Of a stretch of DNA of 64,000 nucleotides, positions 28,916 to 39,598 are shown piece after piece. Below the pieces are notes generated by a model, which was not told the DNA's origin, made no database searches, and saw only the letters and a program-made list of their open reading frames with translations. The position numbers and the translations under genes are program-made. Origin of the DNA: Methanomassiliicoccaceae archaeon (GTDB lineage: Archaea; Thermoplasmatota; Thermoplasmata; Methanomassiliicoccales; Methanomassiliicoccaceae); the NCBI GenBank assembly GCA_040776945.1, contig JAXGZN010000001.1:608001-672000 (forward strand). The letters are read 5' to 3'. Within the stretch, counting starts at the first letter, position 1. Each line of letters begins with the position of its first letter.

Positions 28916-31704
28916 CAGTCATCACCTCCGCCGCCGCCGGCATCGTACTCAGGCTCCTCGGCCTCCTCCTCCTCCATCGTCTCCATCAGGTCCTTCTCGA
29001 TGGTGGCGTAGCCGGAGAGCTTCTTCTCCTCGATGCGAGCCAGGGCCTCGGCGTCCTCGCCCAGCACCTCGGAAAGTATATCGTCCACGTCCACCGCGTC
29101 GCCCTGGACGCTGCGGCAGGGGTCCACTCCGTCCTCTCCGTAGCGCAGCTGGACGATGATGTCCGCGGTGTTGCGGACGGTACCGTCCTGCTTAAGCTTG
29201 AGGTCCTCCAGCGCGCTGATGAGACGGCGCTGCATGTAACCCGACCTCGAGGTACGCACGGCCGTGTCCACGAGACCCTCGCGGCCGCCCATGGAGTGGA
29301 AGAAGAACTCCGTGGGAGTGAGCCCGCTCTTATAAGAGTTCTGCACGAACCCCTTGGCCTCGGCGCCCAGATCGCCCTTCTTGAAGTGAGGCAGCGTCCG
29401 GTTCCAGTACCCTCTGGACAGCCTCTCGCCGCGGACGGCCTGCTGGCCGATGCAGCCGGCCATCTGGGACAGGTTGAGCATGGAGCCCCTGGCGCCTGAT
29501 CGGGCCATGATGACCGCGGAGTTCTCCATACCCAGGTGGCGGCCGGCGATCTGACCGGCCTCGTCCCTGGCGCGCCCCAGCACCTTCATGACCTCGACCT
29601 CCAGGGTCTCGTCCAGAGAGCGGCCGGGCAACTGCTCGAGGATGCCCTCGCGGTACGCCTGCACGAACTCCGATACTCGGCGGACAGCGTCGGTCAGCAC
29701 CTCCTTGATCTGTATGGACGCCTCCTCGGGAATGTCCTCGTCGTCGATGCCGGTGGTGAACCCGTGCACCATGATCGCCCCGATGGCCAGCTTGGTGACG
29801 TTGTCCAGGAACTCCCGCGAGGCGTCGGCGCCGTAGTCGCGGGTGATCTTGTCCAGGATCTTGCCCTTGAAGGAGCCGATGGCCTTCTCGTCGATGGTGC
29901 CGGTGATCAGCTTGCCCTTGCGTATCTTGACGTACGCGTCGAGGTCGCAGTCCTCCTTCTTGCACACCGCGCAGTTGCGGCAGATGGACGCCTTGAAGGT
30001 TATGTGGAAGTCCTCCGGGAGGACCAGCGAGAACAGCTGGTGTCCGGTCCAGTACTCCTTCCCGTCCACCACCACGGGCGCGGGAAGCTCGTCGTGCTTC
30101 ACCTTGGACAGGATGCTCAGCGTCTCCTTCTTGTCGAAACGAGGGTTCATGTGGGTGAGCAGGAAGGTCCCGGTGATGTGATCGTGGATGGCACCGATGA
30201 CCGGGCCTCCGAACCTCGGGGACAGGATATGCTCCTGCACCCTCATCAGGATCATCGCCTCAGCGCGGGCCTCGTCGCTCTGCAGCACGTGCAGGTTCAT
30301 CTCGTCGCCGTCGAAGTCGGCGTTGTACGGCGGGCACACGCAAAGGTTGAACCGGAAGGTCTTCCACGGCATCACCCGCACGGTGTGGGCCATCATGGAC
30401 ATGCGGTGCAGGGACGGCTGCCGGTTGAAGAGCACCACGTCCTTGTCCATAAGGTGGCGCTCCACGATGTATCCGACCTCAAGACCCTCGGCGATCGATT
30501 CTGCGTTCCGGTCGGTCACCTTCATCCTGCGCCCGTCGGAGCGGATCACGTAGTTCACGCCGGGGACGTACCTGTCGTCCACCCGGGGCGGGTTCGCTCC
30601 GCCCTTGACCATGTTCCTCAGGAACTCGAGGTTGGACTTCGTCACGTGCACTGGCACGGTGAGCTCTCTCGCCGCTTCCTCAGGTACGCCGACCTCATTG
30701 ATCGAGAGCGAGGGGTCTGGGGAGATCACGGTACGGGCCGAGAAGTTCACGCGCTTCCCGGAAAGGTTGGAACGGAAGCGGCCCTCCTTGCCCTTGAGCC
30801 TCTGCACGAGCGTCTTGAGCGGCCGGCCGGAGCGATGCCTGGCCGGCGGGATGCCGGAGGTCTGGTTGTCGAAGTACGTGGTGACGTGGTACTGCAACAG
30901 CTCCCACAGGTCCTCCACGATTAGCTGGGGGGCGCCGGCGTCACGGTTCTCCCGCAGCCTCTGGTTGATCCTCAGGACGTCCACCAGCTTGTGGGTGAGA
31001 TCGTCCTCGGACCGGTCGCCGGACTCCAGTATGATGGACGGCCGCACGGTGACGGGCGGAACCGCCAGAGCGGTCAGAACCATCCACTCCGGGCGGCAGG
31101 AGTTGGGATCGATGCCCAGAGGAGGAAGGTCCTCGTCGGGAATGCGCTCCAGCCGCTCCCTGACCTCCTTGGGGGTCAGCTTGTGGCCGTCCTCGCGGAA
31201 GGTGGTCGGCTTGTCCAAAGTGATCTTTCCCTGCTCCTGGCCGCAGTAGGGGCATATGGTGTTCTTGGACGCGTCCTTGGCCGTTCCCTTGGCCAGCAGG
31301 CGGTAGTCGATCGCGTCGCCGCCCAGGTCGTCCATGTCCGCCCACTCCTGGGCCTTGCGCTGCGCTTCCTCCTTGGTCATCAGGAGATGGCCGCAGGTCT
31401 TGCAGGTGGACTGCAGCAGCTTCTTGATCTCCTTGACCAGGCCGACGTGGATGACCGGCATGGCCAGGTCTATGTGGCCGAAGTGCCCGGGGCACTCGTC
31501 CACCTTGTTCCCGCAGGTCTTGCACCGCAGACCCGGCTCTATGACCCCCAGGTGAGGGTCCATGAGGCCCATGTCGATCGGGAAGCCGTCATCATCGTAG
31601 GTGTCCGCGGTGATGACCTTGGTGGCGGACATCTTCCTGACCTCATCGGGCGACAGTGTCGAGAACTTGATCGAACCGATCCTCTTTGAAACGCCTCGCA
31701 TCAT
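28915..31704 (-). CDS. rpoA1: RNA polymerase subunit A' (Rpo1N)
   Basis: [34 protein letters not shown]; start at 31704 in ATGA overlap with rpoB stop. Confidence 0.98.
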   Translation of the reverse strand: MMRGVSKRIGSIKFSTLSPDEVRKMSATKVITADTYDDDGFPIDMGLMDPHLGVIEPGLRCKTCGNKVDECPGHFGHIDLAMPVIHVGLVKEIKKLLQSTCKTCGHLLMTKEEAQRKAQEWADMDDLGGDAIDYRLLAKGTAKDASKNTICPYCGQEQGKITLDKPTTFREDGHKLTPKEVRERLERIPDEDLPPLGIDPNSCRPEWMVLTALAVPPVTVRPSIILESGDRSEDDLTHKLVDVLRINQRLRENRDAGAPQLIVEDLWELLQYHVTTYFDNQTSGIPPARHRSGRPLKTLVQRLKGKEGRFRSNLSGKRVNFSARTVISPDPSLSINEVGVPEEAARELTVPVHVTKSNLEFLRNMVKGGANPPRVDDRYVPGVNYVIRSDGRRMKVTDRNAESIAEGLEVGYIVERHLMDKDVVLFNRQPSLHRMSMMAHTVRVMPWKTFRFNLCVCPPYNADFDGDEMNLHVLQSDEARAEAMILMRVQEHILSPRFGGPVIGAIHDHITGTFLLTHMNPRFDKKETLSILSKVKHDELPAPVVVDGKEYWTGHQLFSLVLPEDFHITFKASICRNCAVCKKEDCDLDAYVKIRKGKLITGTIDEKAIGSFKGKILDKITRDYGADASREFLDNVTKLAIGAIMVHGFTTGIDDEDIPEEASIQIKEVLTDAVRRVSEFVQAYREGILEQLPGRSLDETLEVEVMKVLGRARDEAGQIAGRHLGMENSAVIMARSGARGSMLNLSQMAGCIGQQAVRGERLSRGYWNRTLPHFKKGDLGAEAKGFVQNSYKSGLTPTEFFFHSMGGREGLVDTAVRTSRSGYMQRRLISALEDLKLKQDGTVRNTADIIVQLRYGEDGVDPCRSVQGDAVDVDDILSEVLGEDAEALARIEEKKLSGYATIEKDLMETMEEEEAEEPEYDAGGGGGDD

Positions 31705-34700
31705 CTTAGGTCCTCCAGCTGAAGGCGCATGACGACGCCAAGTGACAGCAGCTCGTCGAGCAGCAGCTTGAACGCATAGCTTGTCTGGACGAGGTGCACG
31801 TTGGTGTTGTTGCCGCACACCGGACAGCGGATGGCGCCCCGGCGGTCCATCATGGCGATGTGACCGCAGGCGGGGTTGCCGCATACGTATAGGAACGTGC
31901 CGTCGGACTCGTCGAGCAGCCGGTCCTTGATGACCATGGCCGCGCCGTGCCCGATGAGGCAGTCCCTCTCCATCTCACCGAACCTGAGACCGCCCTGGCG
32001 GGAGCGGCCCTCGGTCGGCTGCCTGGTTAATATCTGCACCGGGCCGCGGGAACGCACGTGCATCTTCCCCGACACCATGTGGTGCAGCTTCTGGTAGTAG
32101 ATCACCCCGGTAAAGATCTCGGCCTCGATCCTCTTACCGGACTGGCCATCGTACATGACCTCCTTTCCGGTGGTGTTGAAGCCTGCTCGGCCCAGGGCCT
32201 CGCGCAGTGCCTCCTCCTTCTCCCCCGAGAATGCGGTGCCGTCGATCGAGCGCGCTTCCATCGCCCCGACCTTGCCGCCGATCATCTCCAGGACGTGGGC
32301 GACGGTCATGCGCGATGGTATGGCGTGGGGATTGATCACCAGGTCCGGCGTCACCCCGTCGCAAGTGAACGGCATGTCCTCCTGGGGCACGATGAGGCCG
32401 ACCACGCCCTTCTGCCCGTGCCGGGACGCGAACTTGTCCCCGAGCTCAGGGACCCTCTCGTCCCTGACCTTGACCTTCACGAGACGGGACCCGTTCTCCG
32501 ACTCGGTGAGCATGACCGAGTCTACCCAGCCGCTCTCTCCCGGCCGGATGGTGATGGAGGTCTCCCTCCTCTTCTGCGGGGTGAGGAAGTCCGTTTCCTC
32601 CTCCAAGAACCTTGGCGGGGAGGTCTTGCCGACCAGCACGTCGCCGCCGGAGACCAGCGTTTCCGGCGAGATCAGGCCGTCCTCGCCCAGGTTGGCGTAG
32701 GACAGGTCGGTTCGCGCTCCGCGCACGTCCGGTGAGGGGATCTCGAAGTGGTCCTCCTGCCCTCCGGGATACCGGCGCTCCTCGGCGCGGTAGGTCCGGA
32801 GGAAGGATGAGCGGCCAAGGCCGCGCTCTATGGACGCCCTGTTGAGGATCAGGGCGTCCTCCATGTTGTATCCGTGGTATGATATGACGGCGACGACGAA
32901 GTTCTGGCCCGCCGGACGGTCGTTGAACGCCACGAAGTCCATCGGTTTGGTCTGCACCATGGGCTTCTGCGGGTAGTGCAGGATGTGTCCCCTGGTATCA
33001 GGGCGCTTACGATAGTTGGTGCAGCTCAGGCCCAGCGACTGCTTGGCCATTCCCGAGCCCATGGTCACCCGCGGGGAGGAGTCGTGCTCGGGGTACGGCA
33101 CCACGCCGGCGGCCACTCCCAGGATGACCATGGGGTCGACCTCCATGTGGGTGTTCTCCGAGGTTATCAGCAGCGGGACCTTCATCTCCCCGCCGCAGTG
33201 CTTGCACCTCACGACCGCGTCTCCGGTCTCCGCACCGGGGTTCATCCAATCGACATCGGTCGGCGACAGCGCGCGGGCGCAGGAGGCGCATCTCTCCGGT
33301 GACTCGAACGGCTCGACCGCCACCAGGGAATCCTCTTCCTCCTCGGCATCTATCCATTCCATAACGCCCTCGCGCAACAGGTCGGCCCACTTGACCTTCC
33401 CGTCCCGGATGTCCTCGATGTGCTTGCGGGTGATGACCGGGCGGCCCTCCTGGACCACGAGCAGAGGGCGGCGCAGGCGGCCCTCGTCGCAGTTGATGAT
33501 GACCTCGCTCATCTCCTCGTCGTAGCGGATGTTGATCTCGTTGGACAATAGTCCTTGACGCCTGCCGGCACGGATCTCCGACACCAGCACGCGGGGGTTC
33601 TCGATGTATCCGACCAGGTCGCCGTTAACGTACACCTTCGCCCCGGTGACGGCCTCGCCTGCCTTGACCTCGACCACGCCGCGGTCTCGGAGGAGCCATT
33701 GCACGTCCTCCTCGCGGAAGCCCTCGGACACGTCGATGATCAGGGCGGCGTTCTTGACCAGGCCGCAGTTCTGGCCCTCGGGGGTCTCGTTCGGACACAA
33801 ACGGCCCCACTGAGTGGGATGCAGGTCACGGGCCTCGAAGTGAGGCTGGGAGCGCGTGAGCGATGAGGTCACCCTCCTCAAGTGGGACAGGGTGCTCATG
33901 TTGGACGTGCGGTCCAGCAGCTGCGACACGCCGGCCCGGCCGCCGACCCAGTTGCCGGTGGCGAGCGCGTGCAGCAGGCGGTGCGTCAATAGGTCCGGCC
34001 TTATGGCCGAGCCGATGCGAAGGTCCTTCTTCCTTGCGAACGAACGCTCCAGCTGGTACTTCAGATCCTTCATCAGGTTTGTGAAGGCGACCCGGAACAG
34101 GTCCTCCATGAGGTCCCCCGACAGCTTCAGCCGCTTGTTCGCGTAGTGGTCCTTGTCGTCCTCCTTCCTCATGCCGATGCTCAGCTCCAGCACGGAGCGG
34201 GCGATACGGCCCAGGAAGTAGGCCTTCTTGATGCGGTCGTCCTTGGTGTCCCCGAGGTGGGGCAGCAGGGAGCGGTCGATGATGGACTCGACCTTCTTCT
34301 CCCGGTACTCGCGAGCCTGGCCAGTGGCGAACTTGCGCTCCAGGTAGTTGAGGGCGTCCTCGGTGGTGAACACGCCGTTGGGAGGGTACAGCTTCTTGTC
34401 GTGGCACTCCTCGATGTTGGCGTACACGATGTTGGCCATGTCCGGCACGCTGACGATGGCGTCGTAGATCTCCTTGTCGTTCTCCATCCCCAGGGCCTTC
34501 ATCAGGATGACGAGTGGGATCTGCCCGGAGGCCGCCGGCACGGTGACCATGAGGATGCCGTCCTTCTTCTTCTCCACCAGGGTAAGGGCCCGATACCCTT
34601 CTTTCTGAGAGAAGACCTTGGCGACCTCAAGCTGGGTGCCGTAGCGCTCGTTGTACTCGACCATGACCCGGTTGGGAGCGAGGTCCTCAAGGGATATCAG

Positions 34701-35300
34701 CACCCGCTCGGTCCCGCCGATGATGAAGTATCCGCCGGGGTCCGCGGGGTCCTCGCCGGCCTCGATGAGCTTCTCGCGGTACTCGGACTCGGTGAGCTCC
34801 CGCTCATCCTCCATGCTCTCCTTGTAGAGGTTGCATCGCTTTGACCGGAGCATGATCGGCAGGTCGCCGATGTGCACCTTCTCCGGTTCTTTCTCGATGC
34901 CGTCCTCGATTATGGTGAAATCCAGCTCGATCGGCGCCAGGTAGTTGAGGTTCCTCAGCCTCGCCTCCATGGGCGTCAGCTTGTGCGTCGCCCCGTTGGC
35001 CTCCCTTACCACGGGGTTGAGGATGCGTATGGTGGGCCGGCTGTATTGCGGATCGATGGTGCCGGTCTTCTCGTCCCTGCGCCTTCCGACCCTGATTTCG
35101 ACCTTGCGGCCGTCGGTACGGTCCTGCTCCAGCCTGATTATCCCCCTGCTGGTATCGTCCGCCGAGACCCTCAGGTTGTCCACGATCTTCTGCATCCGAC
35201 TGTTGGGATTGTCCATCGTGGACAGGAAATCGTTGAAGCTGGAGATGTGATGGTTGACGATGGACCGGTCCTTGAAATAGAGTTCTATAAGATCACGCAA
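31701..35300 (-). CDS. rpoB: RNA polymerase subunit B (Rpo2, unsplit)
   Basis: [48 protein letters not shown]; TTG start. Confidence 0.98.
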   Translation of the reverse strand: MRDLIELYFKDRSIVNHHISSFNDFLSTMDNPNSRMQKIVDNLRVSADDTSRGIIRLEQDRTDGRKVEIRVGRRRDEKTGTIDPQYSRPTIRILNPVVREANGATHKLTPMEARLRNLNYLAPIELDFTIIEDGIEKEPEKVHIGDLPIMLRSKRCNLYKESMEDERELTESEYREKLIEAGEDPADPGGYFIIGGTERVLISLEDLAPNRVMVEYNERYGTQLEVAKVFSQKEGYRALTLVEKKKDGILMVTVPAASGQIPLVILMKALGMENDKEIYDAIVSVPDMANIVYANIEECHDKKLYPPNGVFTTEDALNYLERKFATGQAREYREKKVESIIDRSLLPHLGDTKDDRIKKAYFLGRIARSVLELSIGMRKEDDKDHYANKRLKLSGDLMEDLFRVAFTNLMKDLKYQLERSFARKKDLRIGSAIRPDLLTHRLLHALATGNWVGGRAGVSQLLDRTSNMSTLSHLRRVTSSLTRSQPHFEARDLHPTQWGRLCPNETPEGQNCGLVKNAALIIDVSEGFREEDVQWLLRDRGVVEVKAGEAVTGAKVYVNGDLVGYIENPRVLVSEIRAGRRQGLLSNEINIRYDEEMSEVIINCDEGRLRRPLLVVQEGRPVITRKHIEDIRDGKVKWADLLREGVMEWIDAEEEEDSLVAVEPFESPERCASCARALSPTDVDWMNPGAETGDAVVRCKHCGGEMKVPLLITSENTHMEVDPMVILGVAAGVVPYPEHDSSPRVTMGSGMAKQSLGLSCTNYRKRPDTRGHILHYPQKPMVQTKPMDFVAFNDRPAGQNFVVAVISYHGYNMEDALILNRASIERGLGRSSFLRTYRAEERRYPGGQEDHFEIPSPDVRGARTDLSYANLGEDGLISPETLVSGGDVLVGKTSPPRFLEEETDFLTPQKRRETSITIRPGESGWVDSVMLTESENGSRLVKVKVRDERVPELGDKFASRHGQKGVVGLIVPQEDMPFTCDGVTPDLVINPHAIPSRMTVAHVLEMIGGKVGAMEARSIDGTAFSGEKEEALREALGRAGFNTTGKEVMYDGQSGKRIEAEIFTGVIYYQKLHHMVSGKMHVRSRGPVQILTRQPTEGRSRQGGLRFGEMERDCLIGHGAAMVIKDRLLDESDGTFLYVCGNPACGHIAMMDRRGAIRCPVCGNNTNVHLVQTSYAFKLLLDELLSLGVVMRLQLEDLR

Positions 35301-35307
35301 TTCGTTC

Positions 35308-35580
35308 TCACCCCTTGAGCTCCTTGCTTATTACAAGGCGATATACTATGAACTCCTCGGCGGTGTCGCTCTTTCTTCTGATCTGGATTATCCTGCCGGG
35401 ATGTATCGGTCCCTCTATGCGCTCCAAGAGCCGGATGCAGGCATCGTCCCTCCGGATCTTCGGCAACTGGTCCCTGGTTATCTTCAAATCGGCCAAGATC
35501 TTCTCGGCCTCCTGCTCCGAGAGCAGGGAATGTTCTGGCACGAGATCGTGCTCCAAGACGTTCAAATCCGACTCTACCAC
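35308..35580 (-). CDS. rpoH: RNA polymerase subunit H (Rpo5)
   Basis: [21 protein letters not shown]...YRLV; SD GAGGTGA upstream. Confidence 0.96.
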   Translation of the reverse strand: MVESDLNVLEHDLVPEHSLLSEQEAEKILADLKITRDQLPKIRRDDACIRLLERIEGPIHPGRIIQIRRKSDTAEEFIVYRLVISKELKG

Positions 35581-35701
35581 CTAGATCACCTCGCCCGTTG
35601 TCAATGGAAAATGGTTTTGACTAAGAGTCAGGTCAATAAAAGACTGCCGCGCTGGCTTCCCGAACGTTTTACCTTCCATCGTTCCTCTCCCATTTCCAGG
35701 G

Positions 35702-35843
35702 CGGGCCCGCGGGGATTTTCGGAGCACGCGGGAAGGCCGCGCGCCTTTCGAACCCCGGACCACCTGGTTAAAAGCCAGATGCTCTTTCTAGGGAGCGGTA
35801 AGAGAACTCTCCCCACCGTCCTACCTAGCTGAGCTACGGGCCC
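35702..35843 (-). tRNA. tRNA-Lys(UUU) with two introns (D-loop 35786-35822, T-loop 35716-35746)
   Basis: Spliced product GGGCCCGTAGCTCAGCTAGGT|AGAGCATCTGGCTTTTAACCAGGTGGTCCGGGGTTCGAA|TCCCCGCGGGCCCG folds as a 74-nt cloverleaf; both junctions form BHB-type motifs; CCA not encoded. Confidence 0.93.
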
Positions 35844-35885
35844 ATTGCAAGCTAGTTCGCATTGCAGAACCCCATGTAAAGACTC

Positions 35886-35900
35886 TAATTATTTAAAGGT
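35886..35900 (-). promoter_or_regulatory. TATA box upstream of tRNA-Lys and the rpoH operon
   Basis: Minus strand CTTTAAATAATTA about 45-55 nt upstream of the tRNA 5' end. Confidence 0.6.
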
Positions 35901-36009
35901 TGCCTATGTGGCCGGTGCCGGGGCCGGCGGCCTGACGATATTCGAGGCCGCTCGGGCCACGGCCGGGACGCGCGTCCCATTATTGACATAATATAATCAT
36001 GAAAGATGT

Positions 36010-36714
36010 TCACGACCTCTTCCGTGCGCTGAGGCGGGAGAGGACCGGATCGCTCCTGAGCTCCCGGAGCGCGTCGGCGGCGATCCATCTGGCGGCCTTG
36101 CTGTCGCGCTTTGATATCCTCAACCCGCGCTCCACCGCCGCCCGGTTCAGCTCGAGGTTGCGCTTTCCTATCTGCCTCAGTGCCCAGTTCACCGCCTTGC
36201 GGACGTAGTTCCGAGGGTCAGCGCTCTCCCGCTCGATCGCGTCGAGGAAGGTGGTGAACTCGACGTTCCCGGCCTTCTTGTCATGCACCGCCAGCACGGC
36301 CATCAGCACGAAGCCGGCGCGCTTTACGAACTCCTCCTGTCGCGTGGACCACTCGATGGCCTTAGGCCAGGCGTACGGGGTCCTTCGGAAAAGGTTGGTG
36401 CAGGTCTGGTCGCAGAGGTCCCAAGAACGGAGGTCCGATGCCCACGCCTCCATCTGCGCCTCGGTCACCTTCGCCGGCTCATCCACCATCGTCGCCAGCA
36501 GCCTAGCCTCGAGAACCCCTGTGTCCCACAGCGCCGCGGCAAGCCCGTGGTCCCTGCCCGCGCGCCGGGCCATGGCCCGCAGCTGCGGCACCGAGGTGCC
36601 GCCGTACGCGCTACCGGTGTCGATTCCGTAGCGAGCCATCGCCTGCCTGGACGCCTCGTTGGCGCGTCCTCTCAGCTCGGCCAAGAGCTCCTCGAGCGCC
36701 TCCTCCGGATTCAC
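36010..36714 (-). CDS. DNA alkylation repair enzyme (AlkD-like HEAT repeat)
   Basis: MARYGI, LWDTGVLEARLLA, SWDLCD, EFVKRAGF, RNYVRKAVNWALRQIGKRN; GTG start at 36714 inferred. Confidence 0.88.
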   Translation of the reverse strand: MNPEEALEELLAELRGRANEASRQAMARYGIDTGSAYGGTSVPQLRAMARRAGRDHGLAAALWDTGVLEARLLATMVDEPAKVTEAQMEAWASDLRSWDLCDQTCTNLFRRTPYAWPKAIEWSTRQEEFVKRAGFVLMAVLAVHDKKAGNVEFTTFLDAIERESADPRNYVRKAVNWALRQIGKRNLELNRAAVERGLRISKRDSKAARWIAADALRELRSDPVLSRLSARKRS

Positions 36715-36793
36715 GTCCTGATGATGGCGTGCGGCGGTAAAAGGGCTGCGGCCAGGGTGAAGTATATCTCCATTCCCGCCGATGGCTGGACCC

Positions 36794-37525
36794 ATGAGGA
36801 TTGCACACATCACCGACCTCCACTTCTCCGCCTCATTGTTCGTCCAGGAGTACGCGGACAACGTCGAGCGCATCATAAAGGCCGAACGGCCAGACCTGCC
36901 GGTGGTCACCGGAGACCTCACCACCGAGGGCTACATCCACGAGTTCGAGGCGGCCAAGAAGTACCTGGACGGCCTGGAGGTGAGGGACAGGCTGATCGTC
37001 CCCGGCAACCACGACTCCAGGAACCTCGGCTATACGATATTCGAGGAGCTCATCGGCCCCCGCTTCCCGGTCCACCGCGGGGAAGGGATCACGGTGATGG
37101 GGCTCGATTCGACGGAGCCAGACATTGACGACGGCCATGTGGGGAGGGAGCACTACGGGGACATAATTAACAACCTGTCTGGCCCAGGGATCAAGGTCCT
37201 GGCGCTTCACCACCATCTCATCCCCATTCCCGGAACGGGGAGGGAGAGGCAGATCCCCGTGGACGCCGGGGACCTGCTGGGCATATGCAAGGAGGTGGGG
37301 GTGGACATCGTGCTCTCCGGCCACAAGCACCTGGCGTGGGTGTGGAACCTCGATGGCTGCCATCTCATCACCGCGGCGACATCCACGACCCGCCGCCTGA
37401 AAGGCCGCTCCCGACCGGCGATGAACATGATCGATATCGTGTCGGGAGAGGTCACGGTGCGCATGATATGCACCGACGACCTCCATGAGGAAACGGTGAT
37501 GAGAGGTCGTCTCAGATATCATTGA
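36794..37525 (+). CDS. calcineurin-like metallophosphoesterase (Icc/CpdA type)
   Basis: HITDLH, VTGDLT, VPGNHD, LHHH, LSGHKH. Confidence 0.92.
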   Translation: MRIAHITDLHFSASLFVQEYADNVERIIKAERPDLPVVTGDLTTEGYIHEFEAAKKYLDGLEVRDRLIVPGNHDSRNLGYTIFEELIGPRFPVHRGEGITVMGLDSTEPDIDDGHVGREHYGDIINNLSGPGIKVLALHHHLIPIPGTGRERQIPVDAGDLLGICKEVGVDIVLSGHKHLAWVWNLDGCHLITAATSTTRRLKGRSRPAMNMIDIVSGEVTVRMICTDDLHEETVMRGRLRYH

Positions 37526-37552
37526 AATCCTGCCTCATGCATTACCCTCACG

Positions 37553-38554
37553 ATGTCCCCGGACAGCGAGGCCGGCAGCGGCGCCAAGATCACGGTCATG
37601 GGCTACGACAGCTCGGCGGTGGTCCGCGAGGAGGTGTCCTCGATGGCCGAGGCGCTGGACCGCATAGGGCTGAAGAATGTCACCTGGATCATCGTGCGCG
37701 GCAGGCTCGGGAATGAGGGGCTTGATTCGCTCAAGGAGCGGCTCAATATCCACCCGGTGGCGTTAGAGGAGATAGTCGAGCGATATGGATCGAGACCGAA
37801 ACTGGTGGACTATGAGGAGCATATCTTCATAACTTGGCGGCTGCTGCGCCTGGCGGACCGGGAGGTCGTGGAGAGACAGGCGATAAGCCTGCTGGGCGAA
37901 GGCTACCTGATCTCCTTGGTCCCTGAGGACCATACCTTCTCGAGGACCGTGGACGCCCTGGGGAACGAGCATAACCAGGTGCGCGGTCTGGGCGCCGATT
38001 ACCTGCTCTATGATATCATCGATACAGCGATCGATGATTACTTCGGTGTCTCCGAGAACCTGGGGGATCTCATCGAGGATGCCCAGGACCGTGTGCTGAT
38101 CGACACCGGAACGAGGTCGCTGGCTGAGATCCAGCAGCTGCGGAGGGAGCTGATCAAGTTGCGGAAGGCCATCTGGCCGCTCCGGGAGGCTATCAACGTC
38201 CTGGTCAAGGGGCAGTCGGACCTGGTGGACGAGTATACCGCGCCGTACTACCGGGACGCCTATGACCATACCATCGAGCTAATGGATACCGTAGACACCC
38301 ACAGAGACATGCTATCCGAGATGCTGGACGTCTATCAGAGCAATGTCAGCAATCAGCTGAACAAGATCGTGAAGGTGCTGACCCTCATCTCGGTCGTCTT
38401 CGCGCCCCTCACCTTCATCGTCGGACTTTACGGTATGAACTTCGACCACATGCCGGAGCTGAGGTCCCCGCTAGGCTACCCGGTCGTGCTAGCGGTGATG
38501 CTCATCATCGCCATCCTCATGATCGTCCTGTTCAGGCGACGGGGTTGGCTCTGA
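37553..38554 (+). CDS. corA: magnesium/cobalt transporter CorA
   Basis: RPKLVDY, GADYLLY, KVLTLISVVFAPLTFIVGLYGMNF..MPEL. Confidence 0.95.
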   Translation: MSPDSEAGSGAKITVMGYDSSAVVREEVSSMAEALDRIGLKNVTWIIVRGRLGNEGLDSLKERLNIHPVALEEIVERYGSRPKLVDYEEHIFITWRLLRLADREVVERQAISLLGEGYLISLVPEDHTFSRTVDALGNEHNQVRGLGADYLLYDIIDTAIDDYFGVSENLGDLIEDAQDRVLIDTGTRSLAEIQQLRRELIKLRKAIWPLREAINVLVKGQSDLVDEYTAPYYRDAYDHTIELMDTVDTHRDMLSEMLDVYQSNVSNQLNKIVKVLTLISVVFAPLTFIVGLYGMNFDHMPELRSPLGYPVVLAVMLIIAILMIVLFRRRGWL

Positions 38555-38615
38555 GCAGAACGGCGGTCTTATATACCAAGACAAAACTGTATCGGCTCAA
38601 ATTTCGGTGATCATC

Positions 38616-38786
38616 ATGGAGACAGAGAAGATTTGCAGCTCATGCGGCGTCAGGCTGGGCAAGAACGACGGTATGACGTTCTTCAAGTGCCCCGAGTGCG
38701 GCGTAGTGGAGATCGGTCGCTGCCCCAACTGCAGGGACCAGAGCGTGACCTACACCTGCACCAAGTGCGGTTTCACCGGACCTTAG
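38616..38786 (+). CDS. small zinc-ribbon protein (COG2888/HVO_2753 family), absent from the ORF track
   Basis: METEKICSSCG...FKCPECG..EIGRCPNCR...YTCTKCGFTGP; four CxxC; GGTGA SD; usual position before aEF-1beta. Confidence 0.92.
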   Translation: METEKICSSCGVRLGKNDGMTFFKCPECGVVEIGRCPNCRDQSVTYTCTKCGFTGP

Positions 38787-38795
38787 GTGAGCGCC

Positions 38796-39062
38796 ATGGG
38801 AAAGGTCGCTGCCGTTTACAACATGGTCCCGGAGAGCCCTGAGGTCAACCCTGAGGAGATCGTCAAGGCCCTGCCGGCCGTCCTCCCGGACGGCGTGGGG
38901 ATCAACAGCGTTTCCATCAAGCCCTTCGCTTTCGGTCTTAAGATCATCGAGGTCACCGCCATAATGGACGACACCTCGGGCATCATCGAGAAGCTGGAGG
39001 AGGCGCTCCGCTCCATCCCCAAGGTCCAGAGCGTCGAGAACACCACCATCACCCTGATCTGA
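38796..39062 (+). CDS. ef1b: translation elongation factor aEF-1beta
   Basis: MGKV....MVPESPEV, PFAFGLK, VQSVE. Confidence 0.92.
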   Translation: MGKVAAVYNMVPESPEVNPEEIVKALPAVLPDGVGINSVSIKPFAFGLKIIEVTAIMDDTSGIIEKLEEALRSIPKVQSVENTTITLI

Positions 39063-39121
39063 AACCGCTTCGGCGCACGAGCGCCAAATCCTAATTTTTC
39101 TCACTTCCGATGTGTCGAGCC

Positions 39122-39565
39122 TTAAGGCTCGAGGAGCTCGAATCCGGTGCCTGCATCACGGACCTTGCGGGCGCTCGAGCCGATAAGCTCGAACATGATC
39201 ACTTCGAGCACCTGCCATACTACCACTCCGCTGCGGACGCATCCCGCTGACGCTTTCCCCTCGCGGCCGAACGCCGCGTGCACGTGGAGCATCGGACGGC
39301 CGTCCTCGTCCGGGAAGAGCGTGCCCACGCCGGTCAGCTCATGCACGTCCGGCAGCGTATGCTTCATAGGCTCGACCGGACGGGCGTCAGCGTCCCGGGG
39401 GCCACAGACGATAACGCTGCCGCGGTCAGCGGCGCCGACCATCAGCAGGGCCGCTCGCTGGACCCCGTGCTCTGACGCGAACTTCTCGAGGATCTCGTGG
39501 ACCACCTCGCCCTGCTCCAGCCGGATGATGAACACTCGACCCCTGGTCGCCTCTGAGAACTTCAT
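39122..39565 (-). CDS. PPC/DUF296-domain protein
   Basis: FIIRLEQGE, ELTGVGTL, HVHAAFG, EVIMFEL. Confidence 0.85.
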   Translation of the reverse strand: MKFSEATRGRVFIIRLEQGEVVHEILEKFASEHGVQRAALLMVGAADRGSVIVCGPRDADARPVEPMKHTLPDVHELTGVGTLFPDEDGRPMLHVHAAFGREGKASAGCVRSGVVVWQVLEVIMFELIGSSARKVRDAGTGFELLEP

Positions 39566-39598
39566 GGCGTCACCGAAAAAGAAGAAGGATGAAGGGGT

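Noticed and set aside
29945-29985. Cys cluster [12 protein letters not shown] in RpoA'
   Set aside because: A Cys-rich metal site in this region occurs in other archaeal A' subunits; not considered new
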